Of a DNA stretch of 64,000 bases, positions 41,730 to 53,199 are shown piece after piece. How positions within the stretch are numbered: position 1 is the first letter of the stretch; each line of letters starts with the position of its first letter. Below the pieces are notes generated by a model. It searched no databases, was not told where the DNA came from, and worked only from the letters and a program-made list of their open reading frames with translations. The stretch spans positions 60,654-124,653 of the forward strand of contig CAVTHK010000013.1 in NCBI GenBank assembly GCA_963734495.1, read 5' to 3'. Position numbers and translations under genes: made by a program. This DNA is from an uncultured Spirochaetota bacterium. GTDB taxonomy: Bacteria; Spirochaetota; Spirochaetia; SZUA-6; CAVTHK01.

Positions 41730-42392
41730 TCAAAGGCGCCTGGCGGTCACGCTCCCATCCCGCCTCACTACACTTCTCGGCGGAACGACACCTCCCACGT
41801 TAACGAGCGGGTGCACCAGGCTCTGGCGTCCGATCACGGTGCCGGGGTTCACGACCGAGTTGCAGCCGACCTCCACGAAGTCTCCGAGGATCGCCCCGAA
41901 CTTCCGCAGGCCCGTCTCCAGCGGACCTCCCTCGTCCAGGACGCGCACCGTACGGCCGTCGAGACGCACATTGGACAGGATGGCGCCGGCCCCGAGGTGG
42001 CTGCGGAACCCGAGAACGGAGTCGCCGACGTAGTTGAAATGATTCACCTCGACTCCGTCGAAAAGGATCGCGTTCTTGATCTCGGTGGAGTTGCCGACCA
42101 CGCAGCCGTCGCCGATGATCGCGATCCCGCGCAGCAGGGCCCCGTGACGGATCTCGCACCGTGCGCCGATGATCGCAGGCCCCCTGATGAGGGCCGACGG
42201 CTCGATCCGCGTCTCCGGTCCGACCCAGACTCCGGGGAGCTTCTCGACGAAGCCGGCGGGGAGCTCTCGAACGACCTCCGCGATCACGTCGGCGATGCGC
42301 GGGAGGATCTCCCACGGATACGCCAGCGGCTCGAGAAACGGGCCCGCGAGCGAGCGCTCGAGATCGAAGAGGCCGGCGGCCGGAAATCTCAC
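41730..42392 (-). CDS. left-handed beta-helix (hexapeptide-repeat) transferase
   Basis: Repeated [LIV]G..x.I hexapeptides (IIGARCEIRHGALLRGIAIIGDGCVVGNSTEIKNAILFDGVEV...). Confidence 0.6.
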   Translation of the reverse strand: MRFPAAGLFDLERSLAGPFLEPLAYPWEILPRIADVIAEVVRELPAGFVEKLPGVWVGPETRIEPSALIRGPAIIGARCEIRHGALLRGIAIIGDGCVVGNSTEIKNAILFDGVEVNHFNYVGDSVLGFRSHLGAGAILSNVRLDGRTVRVLDEGGPLETGLRKFGAILGDFVEVGCNSVVNPGTVIGRQSLVHPLVNVGGVVPPRSVVRRDGSVTARRL

Positions 42393-42494
42393 GCCCTCAC
42401 CCTTTCACCCTAATCTAAGCGAGGCAGGGCCGGGGTTCAACGGGCGCAAGAGGCGCCAGGGGCGCCCTGCGGAGCCTTGCGGCGTTGGGACTAT

Positions 42495-43454
42495 TCAGCC
42501 GCGGTTCTTCCTGGCCGCGACGACCTGGCCCGCGGCCTCGGCGATGCGCGCGGCGGACATCCCGTACTTGCCGAGCACCTCCCGGTAGCCGCCGCATTCG
42601 GCAAACGTGTCCTGGAGGCCGAGGTTCTCGAACGGCACCGGCCTGTTCTTGAGGCACCACGCCGCCAGCTCGTATCCGAGCCCGTTGCGGGCCTGGTGGT
42701 TCTCCGCCACGACCAGGGCGCCCGTCCTGTCGAGCGACTCGGCGAGCGCCTCGCGGTCCCACGGCTTGACGCTGTAGAAGTCGAGCACGTCCGCCTGCAC
42801 GCCCGATCCGGCGAGGGTCTCGGCGGCTTCGAGGGCCTGGAACACCACGTCGCCGTACGCGACGACGGTCACGTCCGACCCCTCCCGCAGCCGCTTGCTG
42901 CCGCCCAGGACGAACCGCTCGTCGGCCCCGTACAGCTCGAACAGCGGGTCCCTCATCAGACGGACGTACACCGGCCCGGGCGTCTCCATCGCGACGTCGA
43001 ACAACCCGTGCGCCGACCGCGTGTCCGCCGGCGCGAGCAGCTTCATGTTCGGCAGGGTCGTCATGAAGGCGACGTCCTCGGTGGCCTGGTGGCTCACGCC
43101 GTCGATCGCGGCTGTGACTCCGGCGTGAGACGAAAGCAGCTTCACATCCAGGTTGGGGTAGCAGATCATCGACCGCACGCTCTCCAGGGCGCGCATGGTG
43201 AGGAACACCCCGTACCCGCACACGACGACCTTGCGGCCGCAGGACGCCATGCCGGCCGCGGCCGAGAGCGCGGCGAGCTCCGCGATGCCCATGTTGAGGT
43301 AGCGATCGGGATACCGCTCGGCGAACAGGTAGGCGGAGGTCGCGTACCCGAGGTCCATGTCGACCACGACGAAGTCGCCGTCGACCCGGCCGTACTCGAG
43401 CATGCGGTCCGTGCACGCCTGCCTTGTCGGCGCCTTTGCCTTGGGAAGGTTCAT
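42495..43454 (-). CDS. transketolase, C-terminal (pyrimidine-binding) subunit of a split transketolase
   Basis: Internal ATG (MNLPKAKAPTRQA...). Transketolase Pyr and C-terminal domains. 4-nt overlap with the upstream N-terminal subunit. Confidence 0.75.
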   Translation of the reverse strand: MNLPKAKAPTRQACTDRMLEYGRVDGDFVVVDMDLGYATSAYLFAERYPDRYLNMGIAELAALSAAAGMASCGRKVVVCGYGVFLTMRALESVRSMICYPNLDVKLLSSHAGVTAAIDGVSHQATEDVAFMTTLPNMKLLAPADTRSAHGLFDVAMETPGPVYVRLMRDPLFELYGADERFVLGGSKRLREGSDVTVVAYGDVVFQALEAAETLAGSGVQADVLDFYSVKPWDREALAESLDRTGALVVAENHQARNGLGYELAAWCLKNRPVPFENLGLQDTFAECGGYREVLGKYGMSAARIAEAAGQVVAARKNRG

Positions 43455-44289
43455 CGCAGCCCCCTTCCGATCTCGGCGACGGCCCGCTCGTACTGGGCAT
43501 CGTCGGGCGCGAGGCCGTGCCACTCCCGCTTGCTCTCCATGAAGGACACCCCGCGGCCCTTGACCGTGCGGGCGATGATGCAGGTCGGTCCTCCCGTGTG
43601 CGCCTGTGCGGCCTCGATCGTGCTCACGATCCCGCGCCATGTCGTGGCCGTCCATCTCGAGGACGTTCCAGTGGAAGGCCCGCCACTTGTCCGCGATGGG
43701 CTCCATCGGCATGATGACGCTGGTCTCGCCGTCGTTCTGCAGGCGGTTCGCGTCCACGATCGCAGTGAGACGCTCGAGGCCGTACTTGTTCGCCGCGGAT
43801 GCGGCCTCCCAGACGATGCCTTCGTTGAGCTCGCCGTCGCCGACGAGGGCGTAGGTGCGGTAGTCCCTGCCGCGCATCCTGCCGTCGAGCGCCATGCCGA
43901 CGGCGGCCGCCAGGCCGTGGCCCAGCGACCCGGTGCTCATGTCGACGCCGGGTGTCTTCATGATCGGGTGGCCCTGGAGGATGCTCTCGAACCGGCGCAG
44001 CGTCCCGAGGGTCTTCCAGCGGGAAATAGCCCCGCAGCGCGAGACAGGCGTACAGCGCGGGGCACGCGTGCCCCTTGGAGAGGACGAAGCGGTCCCGGTC
44101 CGGCCACCGCGGCTCGGCCGGCCTGAGCCTGAGAACATCGAAGTAGAGCGCCGTCATCACGTCGGCGGCGGACAGCGAGCCCCCCGGGTGTCCGCTTCGG
44201 GCCGTGTGGATCATGTCCACGATGTGGAACCGGACTTCCCTGGCCTTCGCCTCGAGCATCCGGATCCTCTCGCCGTCACCGTGCGCCAT
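43451..44289 (-). CDS. transketolase, N-terminal (TPP-binding) subunit; 2 frameshifts
   Basis: MAHGDGERIRMLEAKAREVRFHIVDMIHTARSGHPGGSLS... / ...GSLGHGLAAAVGMAL...LVGDGELNEG... / ...GIVSTIEAAQAHTGGPTCIIARTVKGRGVSFME... lie in three frames. Confidence 0.65.
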
Positions 44290-44962
44290 CGATGCCCCCC
44301 CGCGAGCCCCCGCGCCCGCCGCGGCTGGATTGCATGCAAAATCGTATTTGTGAATGGTCCGTCCTGTCAACCGGGTGTTCCAGCCCGCATGGCCGCGCGT
44401 GGAAGCGCGTGCCCGGGCCGCCCGGCGAGCCCGCCAGCCCCGAGGCCGCCGCGGGCCAGGGGCGCCGGAGCCGGCGCCGCGCGCTCATCCGACAAAGCTC
44501 TCCTGACCCGGGTAGCCCAGCCGTTTCCGGGCCGAGAGACGGAGGGTACGTGAAGTAGGTCACCCGGCCCTCCGTGCACAGCTTCCCGGCGCCGTCGGTG
44601 AGGACGACGCGCACCGTCACGAGGTGATCGTCGGTGCCGGCAAGGGAGGCGCGCAGCGTCACTTCGCCTTTGGCCGTGAGCACCGGCCGCTTGAAGTCGA
44701 CCTCGACCCGCGCCGTCGCCCCCGCGGTCCCGCGGTTCACGAAGATCCACCAGCTCGCGATCTCGTCCATCAGGACGCCGTCTGCACGCCGCCGTGCAGG
44801 ACGCCGCTGTAGCCTTCGAGCTCCAGCCCGCGGCTGCCAGCGGCACACCACCTCGTCGCCGTCCTGGAAGAAGCGCATCCGCAGGCCGAAGGGGTGGTCC
44901 GGGCTGCAGGCGAAGCAGTGGTAAGTCTCGCGGCCGACATAGGGGTTGGCGATCGGTTTCAT
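44276..44962 (-). CDS. hotdog-fold (PaaI/4HBT-like) thioesterase; internal double frameshift near 44800; 3' end uncertain
   Basis: MKPIANPYVGRETYHCFACSPDHPFGL...[GYSGVLHGGV in another frame]...LMDEIASWWIFVN...VTVRVVL. The roughly 100-aa low-complexity tail overlaps the tkt promoter and is probably not real. Confidence 0.5.
   Translation of the reverse strand: MKPIANPYVGRETYHCFACSPDHPFGLRMRFFQDGDEVVCRWQPRAGARRLQRRPARRRADGVLMDEIASWWIFVNRGTAGATARVEVDFKRPVLTAKGEVTLRASLAGTDDHLVTVRVVLTDGAGKLCTEGRVTYFTYPPSLGPETAGLPGSGELCRMSARRRLRRPWPAAASGLAGSPGGPGTRFHARPCGLEHPVDRTDHSQIRFCMQSSRGGRGGSRGGIDGAR
44334..44370 (-). promoter_or_regulatory. sigma70-like promoter for the split-transketolase operon
   Basis: Minus strand: TTGACA (44370-44365), 18-nt spacer, TACGAT (44346-44341), about 45 nt upstream of the tktA-N ATG. 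Confidence 0.5.
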
Positions 44963-45030
44963 CGGCTGAACTTACACCACATCGGGCTTTGAGGCCCAGG
45001 CAGCCGAGCCGCGGGAGCCCGGCGCCCCGC

Positions 45031-45831
45031 TCAGCGGTCTGCGGGCGGCCGCAGCGCGCGCCAGCGATCCAGATAGCGCTGGAAGTGCGGCCGCGCCTCG
45101 ACCCCGGCGACCAGGAAGCGCTCGAGATTCTGCTGCTCGCGATCGTACTCGTCGCCGCTCAGCTGCCCCTCGAAGTGCGCCCAGCGAAGCCAGACCAGGT
45201 ACGTCGTGATCGCGTCCATCTCGTTGTAGGCCATGATCTCCGCGTGCCTGCCCGCGAGCCAGAGATCCGCGACGTCACCGCCGTGCGTGCCGATCTTTCC
45301 GGGTACGCCGCAGGCGGTCGCGAGCTCGTCGAGCGAAGGCGTGCTCCGGCCTCCCCAACCGAGGGCGGCTATCAGGTCGACGTGCAGCGCGGTCTTCCAC
45401 CCGAGGTATTCGAGGCGCTGGAACTCGGCCGCGGACAGGCCGTGCGCGACCCCGCGCTGGATCAGGATCGGCAGGTCCGCGTGCCGCGAGTTGAAGCCCA
45501 CGAGGCAGGGCCGCTCGCGGCCCGCCGTGCCGAGAAACTCCGCGAGCAGCTCGGCCTCCGAGAGCCGCTCCGCGGACAGCGACACCATGGAAAGCTCGGC
45601 GCTTTCGCCGGAGCCGATCCTCCGCAGGACGGCGAGCGAAACGACCCGGCACAGCACGGTCTTGAGGTAAGGCCGCGGGTTCTCGTCGCTCGCGCCGCCG
45701 CGGCGCCACATCTCTTCGAAGACCGCGGCGTCGGGCATCTGCGGGGCGAGGCCGTAGAGTCGCCGCCCGAGCTCGGCATCGGGGACCCATTCCGCATCGA
45801 AGGCCCAGATCTTGTCACGGAGAGCGGCCAT
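45031..45831 (-). CDS. predicted 3'-5' exonuclease related to the PolB exonuclease domain (COG3298-like)
   Basis: [18 protein letters not shown]... (DxE exo I motif)...[10 protein letters not shown]. Confidence 0.55.
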   Translation of the reverse strand: MAALRDKIWAFDAEWVPDAELGRRLYGLAPQMPDAAVFEEMWRRGGASDENPRPYLKTVLCRVVSLAVLRRIGSGESAELSMVSLSAERLSEAELLAEFLGTAGRERPCLVGFNSRHADLPILIQRGVAHGLSAAEFQRLEYLGWKTALHVDLIAALGWGGRSTPSLDELATACGVPGKIGTHGGDVADLWLAGRHAEIMAYNEMDAITTYLVWLRWAHFEGQLSGDEYDREQQNLERFLVAGVEARPHFQRYLDRWRALRPPADR

Positions 45832-45849
45832 CTGATCGCGCCTCCCGGG

Positions 45850-46599
45850 CTACCAGCGACGTTCCACGCGCCTGGCGCCGATCGCGAACAGCTTGATCAG
45901 GATCACGCCGGCCACGAAGCCGCCGATGTGGGCCCCGTAGGCAACACCCCCGCCGCCGCCGCCGAGGTAGCCGAGGCCGCTCACGAGCTGGAACAGGAAC
46001 CAGATCCCGATCACCACGATCGCGGGCACGTTCATGAGGATCCGCAGCAGGATGACGCGCACGCGGTTGCGGGGAAACAGCACGAGGTACCCGCCGAGCA
46101 CGCCGGAGATGGCGCCGGAGGCGCCGAGCGACGGGGTGTAGGCCGCGTCGGCCCCCGTGGAAGTGAACACGTGCGACGAGGCCGGCGATGATGCCGCAGA
46201 CCAGGTAGAAGACCAGGTAGCGCCGGTGGCCGAGGCGATCTTCGATGTTGTCCCCGAAGATAAAGAGGTACAGCATGTTGCCGAGCAGGTGCGCGATCCC
46301 CGCGTGCATGAACATCGACGTGATGAGCGTGAGGTACACGGGGATCGGAGTCGGCTGCAGTCCCGGGAACGCTGGTAGCGGGTCCCCGTTTGAGGGTCGA
46401 CTGCCACGCGATCGCGGGTCACGACGTCCTTGCCGGTGAGGATCTCGGCCGGAACGGTCGAGTAGGCGTAGGTGAACGTCAGGTTCTGTCCGAACCCCTG
46501 GAGAAAGACGAAGACCGCCACGTTCGCGGCGATGAGCAGCCAGTTGACGACCGGCGTCGTGGTCCGGCCGCGATTGTCGTCGCCGATGGGCAGGATCAC
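45850..46599 (-). CDS. rhomboid-family intramembrane serine protease; at least 2 frameshifts
   Basis: [24 protein letters not shown] (ORF 45815..46339) and [15 protein letters not shown]...AHIGGFVAG (ORF 45850..47460). GTG start overlaps the rpiA stop. Confidence 0.6.
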   Translation of the reverse strand: MILPIGDDNRGRTTTPVVNWLLIAANVAVFVFLQGFGQNLTFTYAYSTVPAEILTGKDVVTRDRVAVDPQTGTRYQRSRDCSRLRSPCTSRSSRRCSCTRGSRTCSATCCTSLSSGTTSKIASATGATWSSTWSAASSPASSHVFTSTGADAAYTPSLGASGAISGVLGGYLVLFPRNRVRVILLRILMNVPAIVVIGIWFLFQLVSGLGYLGGGGGGVAYGAHIGGFVAGVILIKLFAIGARRVERRW

Positions 46600-47318
46600 C
46601 GCCTCCGCCCCTTGCGCTCGATCAGCTCGATGCCCTCGGGCCGCGCGACCACGACCGTGTCGACGATTCCGAGAAAGAAGCCGCACTCGACGACGCCGAC
46701 CATCGCCTTGATCTCGCTCTCGAGGGCGCGCACGTCGGCGACCGCGCCGGGGCTCAGGTCCAGGATGAAGTTGCCGCCGTCGGTGACGAACTCCCTGCCC
46801 GGCGCCGCGCCGCCGGGCTTGCCCTCTGCGCCCGACTCCCTGCGCACCTCGACGTTGTAGCCCCGCTCGCGCAGGCGCCGCTGCACGTGCTTCCACCCGA
46901 TCGGGATCACCTCGACGGGCACCGAAGTCCTCACCAGGGCCTTGACCAGCTTGCCGCCGTCGACCACCCAGACATTGCGCCGGGAGTTGGTGGCCACGAT
47001 CTTCTCGCGCAGCAGCGCGCCGTGACCGCCCTTGATGCCGTTGAGCGCCGGGTCGACCTCGTCGGCGCCGTCCACCGTCACGTCGACCGCGTTCACGTCG
47101 TCGAGGGACACGAGGGGGATGCCGAGCTCGCGGCAGAGCCGGCTCGTCTCCTCGGAGGTGGAGACCGCCCGCACCTTCAGGCCCTGCGCCACCCGCCTGC
47201 CGACCGCCTGGATGGTGTAGTAGACGGTGGTGCCGGTGCCCATCCCGATCACCATGCCGTCCTCGACGAACTCCGCCGCGCGCTCGCCGGCGATCCGCTT
47301 GAGCTCGTTCTGCTGCAC
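46596..47318 (-). CDS. rpiA: ribose-5-phosphate isomerase A
   Basis: [15 protein letters not shown] and [13 protein letters not shown] motifs. Confidence 0.8.
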   Translation of the reverse strand: MQQNELKRIAGERAAEFVEDGMVIGMGTGTTVYYTIQAVGRRVAQGLKVRAVSTSEETSRLCRELGIPLVSLDDVNAVDVTVDGADEVDPALNGIKGGHGALLREKIVATNSRRNVWVVDGGKLVKALVRTSVPVEVIPIGWKHVQRRLRERGYNVEVRRESGAEGKPGGAAPGREFVTDGGNFILDLSPGAVADVRALESEIKAMVGVVECGFFLGIVDTVVVARPEGIELIERKGRRR

Positions 47319-47401
47319 GACGAACCTCCTCGGCGCCCCGCATCATAGACAAACGCCGCCCACCTGGCAAGATTCCGGCGCGGCCGCTATCATGCGGGAG
47401 C

Positions 47402-47880
47402 GTGGCCGCAGCCAAGACAAACGCGGTGCGCCTGCTCGAAAGCCGCGGGGTCGCCTTCACCCTCGCGTCCTATCGAGGTCGGATGAGAGCGCCCTCGACG
47501 CCGTGACCGCGGCCGCGAAGCTGGGCGTGGAGCCCGAGCGGGTCTTCAAGACGCTCGTGACGCGCAGCGACCGCGGCGACGTCTTCGTGTTCTGCATCCC
47601 GGGCCCCGCGGAGCTCGACCTCAAGAAGGCCGCGCGCGCGGTCGGACGGAAGAAAGTCGAGATGGTGCGGGCGGGCGAGCTGCTCGAGCTCACCGGCTAC
47701 GTCCGGGGCGGCTGCTCGCCGATCGGGATGAAAAAGCCCTACCCGCTGCTCGTCGACGAATCGGTCCAGCTCTTCGACGCGGTCTACGTGAGCGCGGGAG
47801 TGCGGGGACTGCAGCTCGTCATCGGCCCCGACGCCCTCATCGCGGTCACGGGCGCGACGATCGCGGACGTCGCGTCCTGA
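47402..47880 (+). CDS. ybaK: YbaK/ProX-type aminoacyl-tRNA deacylase; frameshift(s) near 47465
   Basis: N-terminus (GTG) AAAKTNAVRLLESRGVAFTLASY is in one frame. The remainder (DESALDAVTAAAKLGVEPERVFKTLV...GGCSPIGMKK...) is in ORF 47227..47880. Confidence 0.6.
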
Positions 47881-47901
47881 AGCGGCGGCGACGGCCGGCC
47901 G

Positions 47902-49641
47902 CTACGCGCCTTCGCCCCTGCTCTCGATCTTCGACCAGCTGTCCTTGAGGCCGACGATGCGGTTGAACACCGGCCGCTCCGGCGTGGTGTCCGGGTCGAC
48001 GACAAAGTAGCCCTGGCGCAGGAACTGGAGACGGGTCTCAGGACGGGCGCCTTTGAGCCCCGGCTCCACGAGGCAGCCTTGGAGGACCTTCATCGACTCG
48101 GGGTTCAGCCGGTCGAGGAACGTCGCGCCTTCGTCGTCGTCGTCGGAGGCGTCCTGCGGGTTCTCCTTTGCGAAGAGCTGGTCGTACAGCGCGCACCTCC
48201 GCCCGCACGGCATGCAGCCGCGGAGACCCAGTGCGAGGTGCCGCGCACCTTGCGGCCGTCGGGGGTCGAGCCGCCGCGCGACTCGGGGTCGTAGGTGCAG
48301 CGCAGCTCGCTCACCCGGCCGCGCGCGTCCTTGATCACCTCGACGCACTTGATGTAGTAGGCGTGCTTGAGCCTGATCTCGGCGCCCGGCGACAGGCGGA
48401 ACCATTTTTTCGGCGGCTCCTCGCGGAAGTCGTCCTGCTCGATGAAGAGCTCGCGTGAGAAGGGAAGCATCCGGCTGCCCGCGCTCGGGATCCTCCGGGT
48501 TGTTCTCCGCCTCGATCTGCTCGACCTTGCCCTCGGGGTAGTTGACGAGCACCACCTTGAGCGGCTCGAGCACCGCCATCACGCGCGGCGCCGTCCAGTT
48601 GAGCTCCTCGCGGATAAAGTGCTCCATCACCTTGATGTCCACGGTGCTCGGAACGCGCGAGACGCCCACGCTGCGGATAAAGGCGCGCAGCGCGCTCGCC
48701 GTGTAGCCGCGGCGCCGCAGGCCCCGCAGCGTCGGCATGCGCGGGTCGTCCCAGCCGCGCACGTGGCCTTCGTCGACGAGCTGCTTGAGCAGGCGCTTGC
48801 TCATCACCGTGTAGGTGAGGTTGAGCCGCGAGAACTCGTACTGGTGCGGCGTCGGCCGGGACGGGGACGTTGTTGATGAACCAGTCGTAGAGCTCGCGGT
48901 TGTTCACGTAGCCGATGTCGCAGAGCGAGTGGGTCACGCCCTCGATCGCGTCGGAGAGGCAGTGGGCAAAGTCGTACATCGGGTAGATGCACCACTTGTC
49001 GCCGGTGCGGTGATGGCGCACCTTGCGGATGCGGTACATCGTCGGGTCGCGCATGACGAGGTTCGGGTGCGCCATGTCGATCTTCGCGCGCAGGACGCAG
49101 CGCCCCTCGTCGAACTCGCCGCGCTTCATCCGCTCGAGGAGGTCGAGGTTTTCCTCGACGCCGCGGTCGCGGCAAGGGGCTGTTGCGGCCGGGCTCGGTG
49201 GGAGTGCCCCTGTGCTCGCGCATCTGCTCCTGGCTCAGGTCGTCGACGTAGGCCTTGCCCTGCTTGACCAGGTAGACCGCCCACTCGTAGAGCTGCTCGT
49301 AGTAGTCGGAGGCGAAGTACTCCCGGTCGCCCCAGTCGCAGCCCATCCACTTGAGGTCTTCGCGCTGGGCGTCGACGTACTCGACGTCCTCCCGCTCCGG
49401 GTTGGTGTCGTCGAAGCGCAGGTTGCACTTGCCGCCGAACTCGTCGGCGATGCCGAAGTCCAGCAGAAAGGCCTTCGCGTGCCCTATGTGCAGGTAGCCG
49501 TTGGGCTCCGGCGGGAAGCGCGTCACGACGCGTCCCGCCGTTGCGGCCCGCCGCAACGTCGGCGGCGACGATTTCGCGTATGAAGTCCCGCCCCGCCTCG
49601 GGCGCGCCGGCGCCGGCCGTTTCAGTGACTCGACTGCTCAT
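47902..49641 (-). CDS. glnS: glutaminyl-tRNA synthetase; at least 5 frameshifts
   Basis: [10 protein letters not shown]...[18 protein letters not shown] / [19 protein letters not shown]...[10 protein letters not shown] / ...[11 protein letters not shown]... / anticodon-binding C-terminus. These are spread over ORFs 49126.., 48804.., 48335.., 48105.. and 47902... Confidence 0.7.
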
Positions 49642-49672
49642 TGTTACACCCGGCCGCCTGGCGGCCTTTCCT

Positions 49673-49721
49673 GTGTCGCCCGACACATGCTGAAAATAGC
49701 CGCGCACATATCCAGTGTCAA
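49673..49721 (-). promoter_or_regulatory. near-consensus sigma70 promoter for glnS with a perfect palindrome at the predicted start site
   Basis: Minus strand: TTGACA (49721-49716), 17-nt spacer, TATTTT (49698-49693), then the palindrome GTGTCGGGCGACAC (49686-49673). About 45 nt upstream of the glnS ATG. Confidence 0.55.
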
Positions 49722-49838
49722 CGCAACGGCCCGCTCGCGTCGACGGCCCGCTTGTGACGGCGCGTCCGTGACGGCCCGCCCGTGCGCCCCGGACGGTGCG
49801 CCCGCGCGATTCCCGCCGTCCGCGGCGACCGCCGGCTT

Positions 49839-50866
49839 TCAGGACGTCAGCTCGTCCCAGGAACGGAAGACCGCCTCGACGTTCTCGGGCCGGGCGCCAA
49901 CCCCGAACTCGCACTGCGCGATCACGCCGCCGTCGGCGAACAGCCGGTCCCGGACCGCCCGCACGGCGGCCTCGACCTCCTCGACCGGCGCGCGGGAGAG
50001 GAGGCGCTGCCGGTCGATCTCGCCCCAGAACGTGATCCGGCCGCGAAAAGGGGCGAGGGCATCGAGCCCCATGCAGAAGAGCTGGGAGTTCAGGGCGTCG
50101 ACCCCGAGCTCGACCAGGTCCGGCACGATGGGCAGGATCCAGCCGTCGGAATGCATGAACGCCCGCTTGCCCGCCGCGTGCGCGATCCGCACGTAGTCGC
50201 GGTACAGCGGCTTGAACAGCTCCCGCCAGAGCGCGGGCGAGACGAGCAGGCTCTTCTGGCCCCCCCAGTCGTCCATGAAGAAGAGGCCGTCGACTCTCGT
50301 CGACGCCCACAGCTCCATTTCCCGCAGGTAGAACGAGTGCAGGCGGCCCAGGAACTCGCGCATTCCCGGCGGTCTCTCGAGGAGGTCGGCGTAGAGGTTT
50401 TCGGACCCCCGCAGGAACTGCAGGCGCTCGAAGGGCCGCGCGACGCACGGGGCGAGCACGAAGAGGTCGGTCGACTCGCAGAACCTGTCGACTTCGGCGA
50501 CGTCGACGCCGAGCCTCTCGAGCGGGAACCGGACCCGGCTCAGGTCGTCCCAGCTTGCGATCGCGGGCCGGCTGACCTCGCCGATCGCGCCCGGCTGGAT
50601 GTTGCGGAACTCGGCGCCCCACTCGTCGACGTAGGTCCCGGCCGCATGCGGGTCGCCCGAAACCCGCAGCGGCGTCCGCAGGCAGGAGGGCGCGCCGACG
50701 ATGTCCGAAGGGTAACGCTCCCGCAGCCCCGCGAGCGCGCCGGGTGATGCAGGTCCGCCCACGGGAGCGTCCACAGGTGGCGGGGAACGCGGCCGCGCAG
50801 CCGGAAATCGAGCGCCGCGAGCACGCGGGCCCGGCCGCCCGGGGCCGCTGCCATCCCACGCGTCAC
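49839..50866 (-). CDS. URO-D-like family protein, second paralogue; frameshift near 50600
   Basis: N-terminus AAAPGGRARVLAALDFRLRGRVP is in ORF 50540..50866. The remainder is in ORF 49839..50918. Confidence 0.5.
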
Positions 50867-51280
50867 GGCCCGAGCCGGCGCATGAACTCGGCGAACTCGT
50901 ACTCCACGCGGCCGTCATCCGTGACGTGCATCGCCGCGTACCCTTTGCGGGCCATGCGCTGCAGCGCCTCCTCGGCCTGCGCCGCGGTGAGATCCGTTTC
51001 CAGCGCGATCAGGGCGGGGGTGACCTTGCCGTTGGCGTCGCGGGCGATGCGCAGGACCTGCTTCTCGTCGGCGGCCTCCCGCTCGGCGGGGGAAAGGCGG
51101 GCGGGGCGCGCGGCGATGAGCCGGCGCAGCCCGTGCAGGAACGGCAGCACCCCGGCGAACACGATGGGGAAGACGGGCCAGAACGTCGCGGGGGTTCAGC
51201 GCCCAGACGACGCCGAACGCGCACCCGAAGGCCAGCCCGCTGATGAGGCTCTCCCACGGCCCCTTCTCGCGCTTTCCCAT
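50863..51280 (-). CDS. small protein with N-terminal TM segments and a C-terminal winged-helix-like domain (hypothetical); frameshift
   Basis: MGKREKGPWESLISGLAFGCAFGVVWALNP (ORF 50915..51328) continues as ...VFAGVLPFLHGLRRLIAARPARLSP...ALQRMARKGYAAMHVTDDGRVEYEF (ORF 50863..51162). Confidence 0.35.
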
Positions 51281-51397
51281 GCAGACCAGTTTAGCCGCGG
51301 CCGCGCCGGTGAGTCCAGCGCAGTCCACCGCATCCGGCGCCTGCGCGGCCGTGCCGGCGCCGCCGCCGCGCGCCGCGCCGTCAAGCCGGGCGCCCCG

Positions 51398-52315
51398 TCA
51401 GTGGATCGCGCTCAGGTCGTAGGGCGTCGTCTGGTACACGTAGTAGTTGAGCCAGTTCGAGAAGAACAGGTTCGCGTGGCTCCTCCAGCGGACCTCGGGC
51501 GTCCGCGCAGGGTCGTCTTCGGGAAAATAGTTCCGCGGTACGTCGATCGGCAGCCCCTTGCTCACGTCGCGATCGTACTCCTCCTTGAGCGTGAGCGGGT
51601 CGTACTCCGAGTGGCCGGTCACGTAGATCTCGCGGCCGTCCATGCTGGCGAGCATGTACAACCCGGCCTCCGCCGACTCCGCGATGATCTCGAGGTCGGA
51701 CACGGCCGCCACGTCGGTCTCGCGGATCTCCGTGTGCCGCGAATGAGGGGCGAGGAACACGTCGTCGAAGCCGCGGACGATGGGCGCCCTCTTGTTCAGC
51801 ACGACGTGAGGGAACACGCCGAACATCTTGCGCGAGAGAGGATACTTCGGGATCCCGTACTTGTGCTTGAGCGCGGCCTGCACCGCCCAGCAGATGTACA
51901 GGGTCGAGGTCACGTTGTGCCTGGTCCAGTCGAGGATGTCGCAGAGCTCCTTCCAGTAAGTGACCTCTTCGAACTCGATCTGCTCGACGGGGGCTCCCGT
52001 GATGATCATGCCGTCGTACTTGCGGTCGTCGATCTGGTCGAAGGTCTTGTAGAACCTCTCCAGGTGCTCGATGGGCGTGTGGGTCGACGTGTGCGTCGTC
52101 GTGCGCAGCAGCTCGATCTCGACCTGCAGCGGCGAGTTCGAGAGCATGCGCAGGATGTGCTTCTCCGTCGTGATCTTCACGGGCATGAGGTTGAGCAGGA
52201 CGATCCTGAGAGGGCGGATGTCCTGGTGGATGGCCCGGGTCTCAGTCATGACAAAGACGTTCTCGCCCCGGAGGGTCTCGATCGCGGGCAGATTGTCCGG
52301 AAGAATGAGCGGCAT
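51398..52315 (-). CDS. metA: homoserine O-acyltransferase (MetA family)
   Basis: Internal ATG with [32 protein letters not shown]...[12 protein letters not shown]...YICWAVQAA (catalytic Cys). Locally lower GC. Confidence 0.75.
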   Translation of the reverse strand: MPLILPDNLPAIETLRGENVFVMTETRAIHQDIRPLRIVLLNLMPVKITTEKHILRMLSNSPLQVEIELLRTTTHTSTHTPIEHLERFYKTFDQIDDRKYDGMIITGAPVEQIEFEEVTYWKELCDILDWTRHNVTSTLYICWAVQAALKHKYGIPKYPLSRKMFGVFPHVVLNKRAPIVRGFDDVFLAPHSRHTEIRETDVAAVSDLEIIAESAEAGLYMLASMDGREIYVTGHSEYDPLTLKEEYDRDVSKGLPIDVPRNYFPEDDPARTPEVRWRSHANLFFSNWLNYYVYQTTPYDLSAIH

Positions 52316-52401
52316 CGTGGATCTCCTCGCAAGCTCGAGAAGATAGTATGTGAAGGCGGACCTCGGCCTGTCCAGCCCTCCGCCGGGCGGCGCCGCCGCG
52401 C

Positions 52402-53178
52402 TCAGCGGGCCTCCGCGAGCAGAATGACGTGGTGGTCGCAGAACGAAGCGCCCGCCTCGCCCCAGCGCTCGGGCCGCATCCACTCGCGGACCGCGGGGCT
52501 CATCTCCCGCATGAGCGCGACGAGCCGCGCGACCGTCTCCTCGCTGCACCCCTGCCGCGAGGTCCATTCCGCGAAGTCGTGACGCTTGAGCACGTGCTCG
52601 ACAGCGGCGGGCCGGAAGCCCGCTTCCACCAGCATCCGGGTCCACTCCGCCTGCGAATACGCCCGCACGTGGCTGGGGTCGCGCACCCGCTCGAACCCGT
52701 CGATGGCGCGTGCCGCCTCGTCGTCCTCGGGCAGGACGTGGTCCTGCACGAGGAGCCTCCCGCCCGGCCGCAGCACCCGGCGGGCCTCGGCGAGAAAGCG
52801 CTCGGGGGCCGCGAAATGGTGCGGGGCGATGCGGCACGTGACGAGGTCGAACGCGCCGGAGGCGTAGGGCAGGTCCTCCGCGTCCGCCTGTTCGAAGGTC
52901 ACGTTGGACAGTCCGCGGCCGGCGGCGAGCCGCCTGCCCTGCTCGAGCATGGGCGCCGCGATGTCCGTGGCGACGACCCGCGCGACCCGGGGCGCAAACG
53001 CCAGAGCCGTGTGCCCCGCGCCTGTGGCTACGTCGAGCACCGACCACCCCGCCTGCGGAGCGGCGAGCCGCACGAGCAGCTCGAGCTCGTCCGCCGCGGC
53101 AAAGGTCTTCGCGGAGGCATACGCCTCCGCGAACCGGCCGAACCGCTCCGCGGCGAGGGACGCAGCGGGCTCCGTCAT
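52402..53178 (-). CDS. class I SAM-dependent methyltransferase (Methyltransf_11-like)
   Basis: [12 protein letters not shown] (motif I)...LRPGGRLLV. Confidence 0.7.
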   Translation of the reverse strand: MTEPAASLAAERFGRFAEAYASAKTFAAADELELLVRLAAPQAGWSVLDVATGAGHTALAFAPRVARVVATDIAAPMLEQGRRLAAGRGLSNVTFEQADAEDLPYASGAFDLVTCRIAPHHFAAPERFLAEARRVLRPGGRLLVQDHVLPEDDEAARAIDGFERVRDPSHVRAYSQAEWTRMLVEAGFRPAAVEHVLKRHDFAEWTSRQGCSEETVARLVALMREMSPAVREWMRPERWGEAGASFCDHHVILLAEAR

Positions 53179-53199
53179 GTCCTCCCGACGGGCCCTCGC

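Noticed and set aside
44290-44500. Long C-terminal tail (about 100 aa, Gly/Arg/Ser-rich) of the hotdog thioesterase ORF.
   Set aside because: It is low complexity and overlaps the tkt promoter and start. It is most likely read-through caused by a nearby indel rather than real coding sequence.
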